Shown here piece by piece: positions 23,883 through 34,970 of a stretch of DNA of 64,000 bases; the first letter of the stretch is position 1; each line of letters begins with the position of its first letter. Made by a program: the position numbers and the translations under genes. The notes beneath the pieces are model-generated. The model worked only from the letters and a program-made list of their open reading frames with translations, was not told the origin of the DNA and ran no database searches. The DNA is from Mustelus asterias (lineage: Eukaryota): contig NC_135806.1 in NCBI RefSeq assembly GCF_964213995.1, forward strand, positions 40,920,001 through 40,984,000, written 5' to 3'.

Positions 23883-25309
23883 CTACCCCACTCTTAGTGG
23901 CACTCCCTCCAGTTTGGGAATCTTTGCACTGGCATTAGTTAATTTGCCAGTGCTCTCAAAATTTCTCTAGAGTAGGAACAAATCCAATTAATGCACATTT
24001 ACATAGCCTTTACATCGATGTTTTTATATGGTTTGTTGAGTACCAATTATAGACGAGCATACAACTGCAAAATACCAATAAAACATTTTAATTGGTACAT
24101 TTTTAATAAATGAATTTGCTATTCATATAGGATTTGTGCAAAATAAGACTCCTTTACCATGTGTCCATTCATTAAGGGTGCTGTATCTGAAATATTCACA
24201 AAGCCTTTCTTTATGAATGCCTGTCAGTTAGAAATTATCCACGGTCCCTAAGTCTCATCACAAACTACACAGACAGACTCACCCAACAATAACCTCAGGG
24301 GCCCGACTAATATCATTACAATTCGACTGTGTGCAGACGCTTGGCTGGATCCATCCATCAAATGTTGAATGTAACTGCAGTTAGAAGAAAACAGATCTCA
24401 GCCCCCTGCACAATGAGAGCAATTATAAAGCTCCTCTGAAGTTGCATCTGTGGATCTTTTCTTCTTGAAGTCCTAGTAAATGCCAATTTAAATGAGAGTT
24501 TACCACTGAAGCATTTAATTTAAGCACACAAGGCTTGATTAAGGATTTTTTAATTATCAAAAAGTTATAGATCTTCCCATTACTTTGTTGTTCGCTTTTT
24601 TCATTTTGTAAATTGAGTGTTTGAGACATTGATAGTTGGCTGGTTGGAACGATACTTGAACCTGAATTTATATTTTGTCGGCGAGGTGGGCATATCGTTC
24701 CCTGGGTGTTGTAACATTTGCTCCGTTTTATTTGGTTGGTATTATTCTGATCTCTAAGTCGAAAGATTGTGGATTTAAGGCTCTGTGCACACACACTGGA
24801 CTGAGGTACCATGCAAAATAGTTCAGGTGAATGTATTCAAGGAAAAACAAGGAGTTCTCCCAATATCCTGACACGCTTCTCTCCCAATCAACATCACCAA
24901 ACACCATCACCAACCTGTCATTTAATCTCATTGTTGTTTGTGGCACCTTGCTGTGTGCAATTTAGTTGCTGCATTTGCTACAAAGCAGCAGTGGCCAAAC
25001 TTCAAAAATAATTTGTCTCCAAATCCATGGCTTTCAATCTGCTGAGATTTTCAAGCATTTTCTGTTTTTGTGCCATGGGTTTCAACTTTAGCTAATACTC
25101 CCACAAGGATTTTTCTAAAATGTCTTCTGGAAATCCTTATGAATAACATCCATGGAGATTACCCTGTTCACTACTTTAGAAACATCTTTTAAAAATTCAC
25201 TCAGGTTAATCGGGCATGACCTCTCCATACGGCCGATAAAGATCAATGGCAAGATTCTGGAAAATGTGGGTCATTTTCTGTCTCTTTCAGCCTCCTCTTG
25301 ACGAAAGCA

Positions 25310-25721
25310 GCCATGATGTGGAGATGCCAGTGTTGGACTGGGCGGACAAGATGAGAGGTCAGACACCAGGTTATAGTCCAACAGGTCGTGGTGACCCACT
25401 GTAACTACGTATTACATGCCTGGACACACCCGAGACTCCTCCCTTTCCACCTGATCGTGGTATAAAGGTGACGATTCCTCCTCTTTGCCTCAGTCTGGAC
25501 CAGGCTAGCTACAAGGGTGTGTTCCAGTTCTTTGTGATTAAAAGCCTGTTGTATTTCACACACTCGCTGGAGTCCTCGTGAATTGATGGTGCATCACAGG
25601 TTTATTTGTGAAGTGCACACTTCACCTGACTTCACATGACAAAGGAGCAGTGCTTCAAAAGCTTGTGATTTCAAATAAACCTGTTAGACTATAACCTGTT
25701 GTTGTGTGACCTCTCATCTTG
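25310..25721. mobile_element. Miniature inverted Penelope pLTR pair with 14-bp TSD
   Basis: Arms CAAGATGAGAGGTC..CCAGGTTATAGTCCAACAGGTTTATTTG / CAAATAAACCTGTTAGACTATAACCTG..GACCTCTCATCTTG; TSD TCTTGACGAAAGCA at 25296-25309 and 25717-25730. Confidence 0.8.
25387..25596 (+). mobile_element. Solo LTR (210 bp)
   Basis: 5-bp TSD CAGGT (25382-25386, 25597-25601); (T>C)GTGGTG...CATCA termini; TATAAAG and ATTAAA inside. Confidence 0.75.
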
Positions 25722-26093
25722 ACGAAAGCAAACACAGATGATGAAACTCATCCTTGTCTCCAATGTGCCAGTTCAGCCTTTGGCCCACTGAGGAAAAGAA
25801 TGCTTGAGAATCAGGATCTCAACTAAGACTAAGCTAAGACAGCTGGGATCCCCACACTTTCTTATGCACTGGAGCCTTGCTCAATCTACAGAAAACACCT
25901 CAAAGTACTGGAGAAATACCACCAGTGACATCTACATAAGATCTTCCAAATCCAGTGACAAGGAAAGGTGTTCCAACAGCAGCATCTTCTCACCAGCCAA
26001 CATGGCTGGCATCAAGGTGCTAATCATTTAAAACCAGCTCCACTGGGTGGGACATGTTGTTCATGATGCTGACACCAGATTCCTGAAGCAAAC

Positions 26094-26305
26094 TGTAATA
26101 ATTCTTGTTCACCAGTTAGGTAAATAACAACTGCAATGTTTATTTACATGTAATTATAATGCAGAGGCTTGCAGCCTCATAGCTGCCAGCAGGCTTCCAG
26201 GATTTAACTGCTTGTTAATGTGATTCCCCCATCCTGGTCCCTGATTGGGTACCCGGGTCACATGACCGTTTGAGCAGATTGCCCATAAACGGGACAAACA
26301 CCACA
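26094..26305 (-). mobile_element. Probable solo LTR inserted in the RTE
   Basis: TGT...ACA termini; GGGTCACATGACC palindrome also present in the LTR at 10841-11059; interrupts the RTE; TSD not clean. Confidence 0.5.
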
Positions 26306-26679
26306 CATCCGATCTACTTGGAACTCTACTACAGCAGGAGATTCCCAAGGGGACAGCAGAAGTGCTTTCGGGATGTCCTCAAACCAACTCTGAAGAAGTA
26401 AAGCATACCTGTCAGCTCATGGGAGACCCTAGCTTATGGCTGATCAAAATGGAGAAGGTTCATCCAGGAAAGCATCTAACACATTCAGAGACTTCATCGG
26501 GAACGTGCAAAGGTGAAGTCAAGACATCGGGGGGGAGTGGACGAACCTCCAAACAACCCATATACCCAACTTTCAAGCATCACCTTCCCCAAATATGGCA
26601 GAGTCTACAGATCACACATTGGACTTACCAGCCATCTGAGAACCCATTAAACTGGAGTGGAAGCCAATCATCTTCCAAT

Positions 26680-27167
26680 CGACCCTGCAAAATCCTCTTC
26701 ACTAAGAGCTGAGGACTTGTATCAAAATTGTGAGCACTGTCCCACAGATAAGTCGGACAGCATGCTTACATAATTATACGCACTAGGTCTTATAAAACCT
26801 CCCAGTGTCCCAGATACCACCATCAGCATGCTTGGCTAGATCCCACACCACCAGCATTAGAGGTGGCAGCACAGGGTTGGGGAGGAATTGGCCCAAGGAG
26901 TCCTCATCATTGACTCTGAACCCCTTGAAGTTTCATGACTTCAGGTCAAACAAAGGCAAGTAAACGTCCTGTTGATTGCCGCATATCTCCCTCCCTCAGC
27001 TGAAGAATCAGTATTTTTCAATGCTGAATATCACTTGAAAGAAATATTGAGGGTAGCCAGAGTACAACATCTGTGCAGGTTGGGGGACTTCAATGAGCAT
27101 AACCAAGGGTGACGAGGTAGGGTCACTACTGTCCAGATCCTGAAAAGCACATCTGCAAGACTGGACC
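26680..27167 (+). pseudogene. LINE AP-endonuclease fragment (L2/CR1 group)
   Basis: LLIAAYLPPSA and LGDFNEHN motifs (YRPP, GDFN). Confidence 0.6.
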
Positions 27168-28243
27168 TAGAACCATAGAACCATAGAAAATTACAGCTCA
27201 GAAACAGGCCTTTTGGCCCTTCTTGTCTGTGCCGAACCATTTTATGCCTAGTCCCACTGACCTGCACTTGGACCATATCCCTCCACACCCCTCTCATCCA
27301 TGAACCCATCCAAGTTTTTCTTAAATGTTAAAAGTGACCCCGCATTTACCACTTTATCCGGCAGCTCATTCCACACTCCCACCACTCTCTGCGTGAAGAA
27401 GCCCCCCCTAATATTCCCTTTAAACTTTTCTCCTTTCACCCTTAACCCATGCCCTCTGGTTTTTTTCTCCCCTAGCCTCAGCGGAAAAAGTCTGCTTGCA
27501 TTCACTCTATCTATACCCATCAAAATCTTATACACCTCTATCAAATCTCCCCTCAATCTTCTACGCTCCAGGGAATAAAGTCCCAACCTATTCAATCTCT
27601 CTCTGTAACTCAGCTTCTCAAGTCCCGGCAACATCCTTGTGAACCTTCTCTGCACTCTTTCAACCTTATTTACATCCTTCCTGTAACTAGGTGACCAAAA
27701 CTGTACACAATACTCCAGATTCGGCCTCACCAATGCCTTATATAACCTTACCATAACACTCCAACTTTTATACTCGATACTCCGATTTATAAAGGCCAAT
27801 GTACCAAAGGCACTCTTTACGACCCTATCCACCTGTGACGTCACTTTTAGGGAATTCTGTACCTGTATTCCCAGATCCCTCTGTTCAACTGCACTCTTCA
27901 GAGTCCTACCATTTACCCTGTACGTTCTAATCTGGTTTGTCCTTCCAATGTGCAATATCTCACACTTGTCTGCGTTAAATTCCATTTGCCATTTTTCAGC
28001 CCATTTTTCTAGTTGGTCCAAATCCCTCTGCAAGCTTTGAAAACCTTCCTCACTGTCCACTACACCTCCAATCTTTGTATCATCAGCAAACTTGCTGATC
28101 CAATTTACCGCATTATCATCCAGATCATTGATATAGATGACAAACAACAATGGACCCAAAACCGATCCCTGCAGCACACCACTAGTCACAGGCCTCCACT
28201 CAGAGAAGCAATCCTCCCACAACCACTCTCTGGCTTCTTCCAT
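27168..28243 (-). mobile_element. Young 5'-truncated CR1 with an open RT C-terminal frame (331 aa)
   Basis: ORF 27248-28243 with QGSVLGPLLF and KFADDTK; (TTCTATGG)n tail. Confidence 0.95.
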
Positions 28244-28337
28244 TGATGTGGAGATGCCGGCGTTGGACTGGGGTAAGCACAGTAAGAAGTCTCACAACAC
28301 CAGGTTAAAGTCCAACAGGTTTATTTGGTAGCAAATA

Positions 28338-28374
28338 CCATAAGCTTTCGGAGCACAGCTCCTTCGTCAGATGG
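28338..28374 (-). ncRNA. Minimal type I hammerhead ribozyme motif
   Basis: CCAT-CTGACGA-A-GGAGC(TGT)GCTCC-GAAA-GC-TT-ATGG on the minus strand. Confidence 0.82.
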
Positions 28375-29345
28375 AGTGGATATCTGTTCTCAAACAGTGC
28401 AAACAGACACAGAAATCAAATTACAGAATACTGATTAGAATGCAAATCTCTACAGCCAGCCAGGTCTTAAATGTACAGACAATGTGGGTGGAGGGAGCAT
28501 TCAACACAGGTTAAAGAGATGTGTATTGTCTCCAGACAGAACAGCTAGTGAAATTCTGCAAGTCCAGGAGGCAAGCTGTGGGGGTTACTGATAATGTGAC
28601 ATAAATCCAACATCCCGGTTTAGGCCGTCCTCATGTGTGCGGAACTTGGCTATCAGTTTCTGCTCAGCGACTCTGCGCTGTCGTGTGTCGTGAAGGCCGC
28701 CTTGGAGAACGCTTACCTGAAGATCCAAGGCTGAATGCCCGTGACTGCTGAAGTGCTCCCCCACAGGAAGAGAACAGTCTTGCCTGGTGATTGTCGAGCG
28801 GTGTTCATTCATCCGTTGTCGTAGCGTCTGCATGGTTTCCCCAATGTACCATGCCCCATCCCGAGGCATGGTACATTGGGGAAACCATGCAGACGCTACG
28901 ACAACGGATGAATGAACACCGCTCGACAATCACCAGGCAAGACTGTTCTCTTCCTGTGGGGGAGCACTTCAGCAGTCACGGGCATTCAGCCTTGGATCTT
29001 CAGGTAAGCGTTCTCCAAGGCGGCCTTCACGACACACGACAGCGCAGAGTCGCTGAGCAGAAACTGATAGCCAAGTTCCGCACACATGAGGACGGCCTAA
29101 ACCGGGATGTTGGATTTATGTCACATTATCAGTAACTCCCACAGATTTCCCCCTGATCTTGCAGAATCTCACTAGCTGTTCTGCCTGGAGACAATACACA
29201 TCTCTTTAACCTGTGTTTAATGTTCCCTCCACCCACATTATCTGTACCTTTAAGACCTGGCTGGCTGTAGAGACTTGCATTCTAATTAGTATTCTCTAAC
29301 TTGATTTCTGTGTCTCTGTGCACTGTTGGAGAACAGATTTTCACT

Positions 29346-29382
29346 CCATCTGACGAAGGGGCAGCGCTCCGAAAGCTTATGG
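29346..29382 (+). ncRNA. Minimal type I hammerhead ribozyme motif
   Basis: CCAT-CTGACGA-A-GGGGC(AGC)GCTCC-GAAA-GC-TT-ATGG. Confidence 0.82.
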
Positions 29383-29784
29383 TATTTGCTACCAAATAAA
29401 CCTGTTGGACTTTAACCTGGTGTTGTGAGACTTCTTACTGTGGATAAAAGTATGCCAGAGGCATGGGTTGGTGATAGAATTACAACTCTGTTGTGCCAAT
29501 TCTCTCAAATCCAGCACTCACAACCCTGAGGGTCCCTTATAATGATAGCACTCACCTCTGAATCAGAATGTTGTAGCTTCAAATCTCAATCCAAAGAATT
29601 GAGCACATAGTCCAGTTTGACATTTCAGTGCAGTATTTGGGGTGTGCTGCACTGTTGGATGTACAAGGAGAGAAATTGCATTCTATAGCACTTGTTTTTT
29701 AGGCAATAATTGGCATTCTCAAATGTGATAATCGAGTCCTAGATGTGCACACATTTTCGACAGGAAGTGTGCCAGCCCTTACAG

Positions 29785-30272
29785 CAGTGATGGGCAAGCT
29801 AAGCTGGCGAGTGAGCCGCATGAGTGGCCCTCCTTCATCTCAGTGGGCTGCAAGTTTGAAATCAGGCTTGTCCACTAACTATGACCCTTGAATAGGATTG
29901 AATACATTTAACACACACCAAATATTTCCTTCCAAGTTATAGGAAATGCTTAATCATTTAATCATTATCATTTATTGATAGAACTGTTATCAACTTCAAG
30001 TGGTAAAGAAAAAATAAATATTTACACTTGATTGGACGCAGAGGGAGCACATTCTCACAGTCGATGTTGTGCGTAATCAGCATGCACCTCACTTCACTTG
30101 CTTTATGTGTGTATCACTTCAGTCATACTGGTAGTAAGAAAACTACTTGGACAGAAATCAGTGGAATGTGGCAATTCTTCGCATGGACAAAAGGCAACAA
30201 CATGTTCCGTGGTTGCTCTCATAATTTTGATGGGCTGCATATTGCCCCTGGGCCGCATGTGGCCCACCACTG
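29785..30272. mobile_element. hAT-superfamily MITE
   Basis: TIR CAGTGATGGGCAA / TGGCCCACCACTG; 8-bp TSD CCTTACAG / CATTACAG (7/8); subterminal GGGCCGCA motifs. Confidence 0.8.
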
Positions 30273-30279
30273 CATTACA

Positions 30280-31108
30280 GAGTGATCTTACCAAAAAACT
30301 CTAAGTACCGAACGAGGGGGAAAACAGAAGAGAATTGCACTTCTTTTTGGGTGAGCTGCGAGTCTTATGGCACTTAGTGCAAAACAAGTGTCAGGATGAA
30401 ATTCCCACCAGCAAGTCGGCAGGTGGGGGGGGGGGGGGGGGGGGGGGGGGGTAGCTCACCAGGAAAGCCGTCTGCTGAACTCTGGGGGTGCCATTGCGTA
30501 GGTGCCCCAATCTCCCAGAGTACTGGGAATACTGGGAGATCTCCTGCACCTGCCTCCTGGACATCACCACCACCACTGATCGCCCCCCCTGTGCCAGTCT
30601 CCCTGCCCCACCCATCTCACAGACATCGGAACCACCCCCCCCACCCACTTTACGGCCATCAGATCCCGTCTGCAGAGCTCTCCCTTCCCCCTGCCACTTG
30701 CCCCTATCTGCACAGTTCCCCCCTTTCCCTTGCCTATCGCCCCCATCTGCAGAGTTCCTGCCCCCAACCACATCTGGGCTTCAATGGCTTCCGATCTTTC
30801 TGGCGAGGCCATCATGTCTGGCCTCCCACAGGTGACCGGGAGAACCTCGGCCGGCGAGCCGGTAAGTGCAAGTGAGCACAGACGAGGTGTTTGAGAATTG
30901 CTAATGACATATTAATTATGTCATTAATTTTAAACTTGGCTTTCTGGGTGCTTTTTCTGGGCTCGAAGCCGATTTCACCAACAAAACTGGGTCAGTACAA
31001 TCGGGGTAGGTGAGAAACTGGGTACGTTTCTTGTTTTTCGCCTCCCACCTGATTGTACCATCTCGCCTCACCAAAAGTCAGGTGGGAGGAAGTCGTAAGA
31101 TCACACCC
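30280..31108. mobile_element. Harbinger-like non-autonomous element with GC-rich interior
   Basis: Termini GAGTGATCTTAC / GTAAGATCACACCC; poly-G run; internal palindrome TAATGACATATTAATTATGTCATTA. Confidence 0.55.
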
Positions 31109-31255
31109 ATAGAGTTTTACAGCACAGAAAGAGGCCCTTTGGCCCAACATGTCTGTGCCAACAATCAAGCACACATCTATTCTAATCCCATTTTCCAGCA
31201 TTTGGCCCATAGCCTTGTATGCTATGGCGTTTCAAGTGTTCATCTAAATGCTTCT
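31108..31255 (-). mobile_element. CR1 3' fragment
   Basis: CATAGAGTTTTACAGCACAGAAAGAGGCCCTTTGGCCCA tail in reverse. Confidence 0.75.
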
Positions 31256-31699
31256 TGGCAAAAGGATTTGCACGCGCAATAATGATGATGACATTAATCA
31301 GTGTGCAATGTTGTTTTGATCCAACTCTGCCATTTTTGGGCAGCATGCTCCAGCCAAACACCCTACCTTAAACTCCTTGCTGAACATGCATTCAACAGTG
31401 TCCCCACCAGCGCTCGCGCTATTTAAAGGGATTGTGAACTATTTATTGGTTAGCTGCTGGATTATTTCTTCTTGCTGCTGGTACAATGCTAGATGTTTTT
31501 TGGAGCATTCTTATTTCTATCTAAAATGTCAGTAGTCTGCAAGGAGTGGACTGGCTGGTTTTGATGCACATTCTGGTCGTTTTGAAGACTAATACTGAAA
31601 TAGATTGCTTTGAGACAGGGAAGATCCTCCTCCTGCAATTACACAGCCCTGGGATCATAAAGAGACCGCTCACTCAGAGCAGAACAAACTACTGGAGGA

Positions 31700-33010
31700 T
31701 GAAAGAGGTACAGGAGGAGAAAGGCATTCAGCAAGATGCCATATCCCTTGAAAGTCATGAAGGAACATTTCCATGCTTGAGACGTAAGCAAAATATTGCG
31801 GATGCTGGAATCTGAAACAAAAACAGAAAATGCTGGAAAATCTCAGCAGGTCTGACAGCATCTGTGGATAGAGAGAATAGAGTTAATGTTTCGAGTCTGG
31901 ATGACCCTTCGTCAGAGCAGGGTGAAGAGTCACCCAGACTTGAAACATTGGTTCTGTTCTCTATCCACAGATGCTGTCAGGCCTGCTGAGATTTTCCAGC
32001 ATTTTCTGCTTTTGTGCTCGAGACATATTTGCTTCACTACTGAGATTGTGACTGAAATGTGCAAACGGCGGCTGCTGTTACTGCAACCTCAAAGCAGAGC
32101 AAGTTCTGCATTGCCTGTGGCTGTCAACCCAACCATCCATCTTAATTTTATGCATCTGACTTCTTCTAGGTTGCTATTGGAGACAAAAGTTTGCTGTACA
32201 AGGCTACATAAAGGAGGTCACTGAGGATTTCTAGAAACAGAGAGGCAGCTTCTCACAGTCCAACGAAGTGCAGGTTAGGTGGATTAACCATGGTAAATGT
32301 GCAGGGTTACAGGGATAAGGCAGGGGGTGGGGCTGGCCTCGGGGTAAGATGCAAACTCGATGGGCTGAATGGCCTCCTTCTGCAGTGTAGGGATTCTAAG
32401 TTTCTATGGTTCATCTCATTCCCTCTTGCCCAACACATGTAGGTAGATAGAGCACAAGGCGTCCCTCGGATTGTAGGCTTCCTCATGGTCCAGAGTGGCA
32501 CTGACTGTATGTACATTGCTTTCTGTGCACCTTTGCAAACAGAAGCTGATTCCACAATGCGCAGCTGGTATTAGACCAACAGGCAAGTGAATATCTTTAA
32601 CCCTGGCAATAGTCATGATTCCTTCATTCCATGACAGTCCTCCGTGCCAGCTGCGTTTGACCCACAGCAGCAGGTAAAAGGCTGGCTACTGGGTGACGAG
32701 GGTTATCCACCTTTCACATGGCATGTAGTTTGGAATTGACATATGCAAAGCGAGCATACAATATGAGTCACGCTGCTTGAAGAAACATGATGGAGGAGCC
32801 CTGCAGTCCTCAGCTTTGAAGATTTGTGGTAGTGTGCTGTCTGCCACAAACCATGGCCATTGTGCGGACCAGAAGCTGAGGAGCAAAAGCATAAAGAAGA
32901 GGAGAACCAGGAAGTGGAGGACCAAGAAGAGGAACAGAGGTTATACCGTAGTCAGCAGCTTTCTGCCAGGCTCGATGGGATCAAATAATTAATGAGCAAT
33001 ACCAATAACC
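31700..33010 (+). pseudogene. PIF/Harbinger transposase relic with nested insertions
   Basis: 32540-32780 yields FHNAQLVLD..PGNSHDSFI..GWLLGDEGYP..YNMSH; acidic C-terminal stretch at 32880-32940. Confidence 0.75.
31787..32014. mobile_element. Short palindromic Penelope-derived element (family B) with hammerhead-like core
   Basis: Inverted arms CAGAAAATGCTGGAAAATCTCAGCAGG..ACAGCATCTGTGGATAGAGA / TCTCTATCCACAGATGCTGT..CCTGCTGAGATTTTCCAGCATTTTCTG; minus strand CTGACGA-A-GGGTC(ATCCA)GACTC-GAAAC; relatives at 33882-33985 and 52540-52702. Confidence 0.75.
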
Positions 33011-33547
33011 TCAGCCACAGCTCCCCATTCACCAGCAGTGCCCCACATTCCTTACCTTTCCTCTTTCATCCTCTTTCCGACAACATCAAAATAAAAGCCG
33101 TTAGAAATTCCAAAGAAAAATGTATAAAATAAATCATGACCTAATGTATCTAAAAATAACCAAATCTCTGTGCATTCCCAGTGCCTTCTGTGTGCCCTTG
33201 TCTGGCCAAGAGCTCTGCTCCATTGACAACAGCTTGGTTGCTGGAAGGCTGATGATCTTCAATGAGGAGATGGTTTTGGAGGATGACCTAGAAAGCAGCC
33301 TCCACCTTGGCCTGGACTGCAGCAGTCTAGGCTGGCGGGCTGGCTGACACACAATTGCAAGGGCACTGGTAGATTGACAGCAGGGGGGGGGGGGGGGGGG
33401 GGGGTGTCGTGGAACAAGTACTGCCATCCTGAAGAAGTGCAATGAGAGAAAGAAGTTAAGGTATATGGATGCCCTCATACCCTCATTGTCAATCATTTCA
33501 ACTCTGCCAGTGGCCACGCCTTCAGGAATATCCTCTCCCATAAGAAA

Positions 33548-33867
33548 CGGGCAGCACTGTGGCACAGTGGTTAGCACGGCTGCCTCACAGCGCCAGGGAT
33601 CTCGTTTGAATTCCGGCCTTGGGTCACTGTCTGTGCGGAATTTGCATGTTCTCTCCAGCACCTGGGTTTCCTCCGGGTGCTCCGGTTTCCTCCCACACTC
33701 CAAAAACGTGCGGGTTAGGTTGATTGGACGTGCTAAATTGCCCCTTAGTGTCAGCGACTTGCAGGATAAATACGTGGGGTTACGGGGATAGGGTCTGGGT
33801 GGGATTGTGGTTTGTGGAGACTCAATGGGCCAAGTGGCCTCCTTCTGCATTGTAGGGATTCTATGAT
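33548..33867 (+). mobile_element. HE1-type SINE (partial copy also at 32258-32412)
   Basis: Full head, V-domain and CR1-like tail. Confidence 0.9.
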
Positions 33868-34789
33868 CTACTCTATGATCTAAAAGCAAATTACTGCAAA
33901 TGCTGGAATCTGAAACTAAAGCAGAAAATACTGGAAACTCTCAGCAGTCTGACAGCATCTGTGGAGAGATGCTGGATGACTCTTTGTTCCCATGACAGCC
34001 AGCACTGCCTCCTCCATTAGTGTTAAAATTTGCAGGTGCACTCTTCCTCCTCTCGTGCTTTGCTGTTGCCTCCTGCTAATCAGTACTTTCTCCTGTAAGA
34101 AGGAGGAACGTGTGTCAATGAGCATCCTGCTATAAATTTGGCTGATGTGGCTGTCAGTGTATAAAACTGAGCTGTGGGTGTGTGATTGATATTGTTGGTA
34201 GGTGGTTGATGAGGGTGTAGTGAATTGAGTAATAGATGAGGTTATTTGCAGGGTATACCATTTGAAGATGAAGTCACTTTGACAGTCCAGGCTTGCTGTA
34301 GTCTATAACTACTAGGTTGTTTCTCCGTTTGCCAACTCTCTCACATTCTATTTCTTACCTGTTGACATATATTACACCTGTACTATAATATTACATTGCT
34401 TTATTAACATGATTTTAAAAGATGAGAACGTACACTAGCTTTGGTATTATCTGCCCACAAAGTAAGATAGATCCAAATGATGACTGTATCAATTAAATCT
34501 GGCGAAATAAACTTGTTGGAGAGGGTTCAGAGTCTTGATGTATTGTGCTTATGAGGCCTTGAATAGTTCTTCCAACTTCATTCTGCCTCATCGATGTTGG
34601 TTTTTGTTCAATAAAATTGTCTTTTGTTTTATACACTGATATTATTTCTTGCTCACTTATATATGGGTAAGATGGGTCAAATGCGGGCAATTGGGACTAG
34701 CTTTGTGGTAAAGACTGGGCGGCCATGGACAAGATGAGCTGAAGGGCCTGTTTCTATGCTGTAAACCTCTGTGACTTGAAAACTTGTGT

Positions 34790-34970
34790 GAGATCATTGA
34801 ACTTCTTCCTACGCTGCATTCTTGTTTAATGAACAAATATCCTTGTTGCTGGCATCCGCAGCTATTTCTTCCCACTGCCCTCTGGATGTCTCTCCGCCTT
34901 TCCACCTCTTCAACCTCTCCAATGCATTATCTGAAAACCTCAGTGTCTCTCTCGCATGTTGAGTCATTGC
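34790..34970 (-). pseudogene. Harbinger Myb/SANT-like relic
   Basis: Minus strand LRFSDNALE..EEVERRRDI; convergent with the transposase relic at 31700-33010. Confidence 0.6.

Larger units (their letters stand above)
25232..26680 (+). pseudogene. RTE-clade LINE 3' portion, decayed, with nested insertions
   Basis: INGKILENV.HF, TKANTDDE..CASSAFG.LRKR, QLHWVGHVV, GQQKCFRDVLK: RTE RT C-terminal motifs. Confidence 0.75.
28244..29442. mobile_element. Palindromic Penelope-like element: two inverted GIY-YIG C-terminus + pLTR arms
   Basis: Arms 28278-28855 and 28865-29442 around a 9-nt spacer; both encode AWYIGETMQTLRQRMNEHRS...EQKLI..F.T..DGLNRD; 34-nt tail only on the left arm. Confidence 0.93.

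Noticed and set aside
28585-29135. Two 114-aa genes
   Set aside because: The N-terminal ~22 residues are antisense of the opposite arm; only a truncated GIY-YIG C-terminus is real and there is no RT
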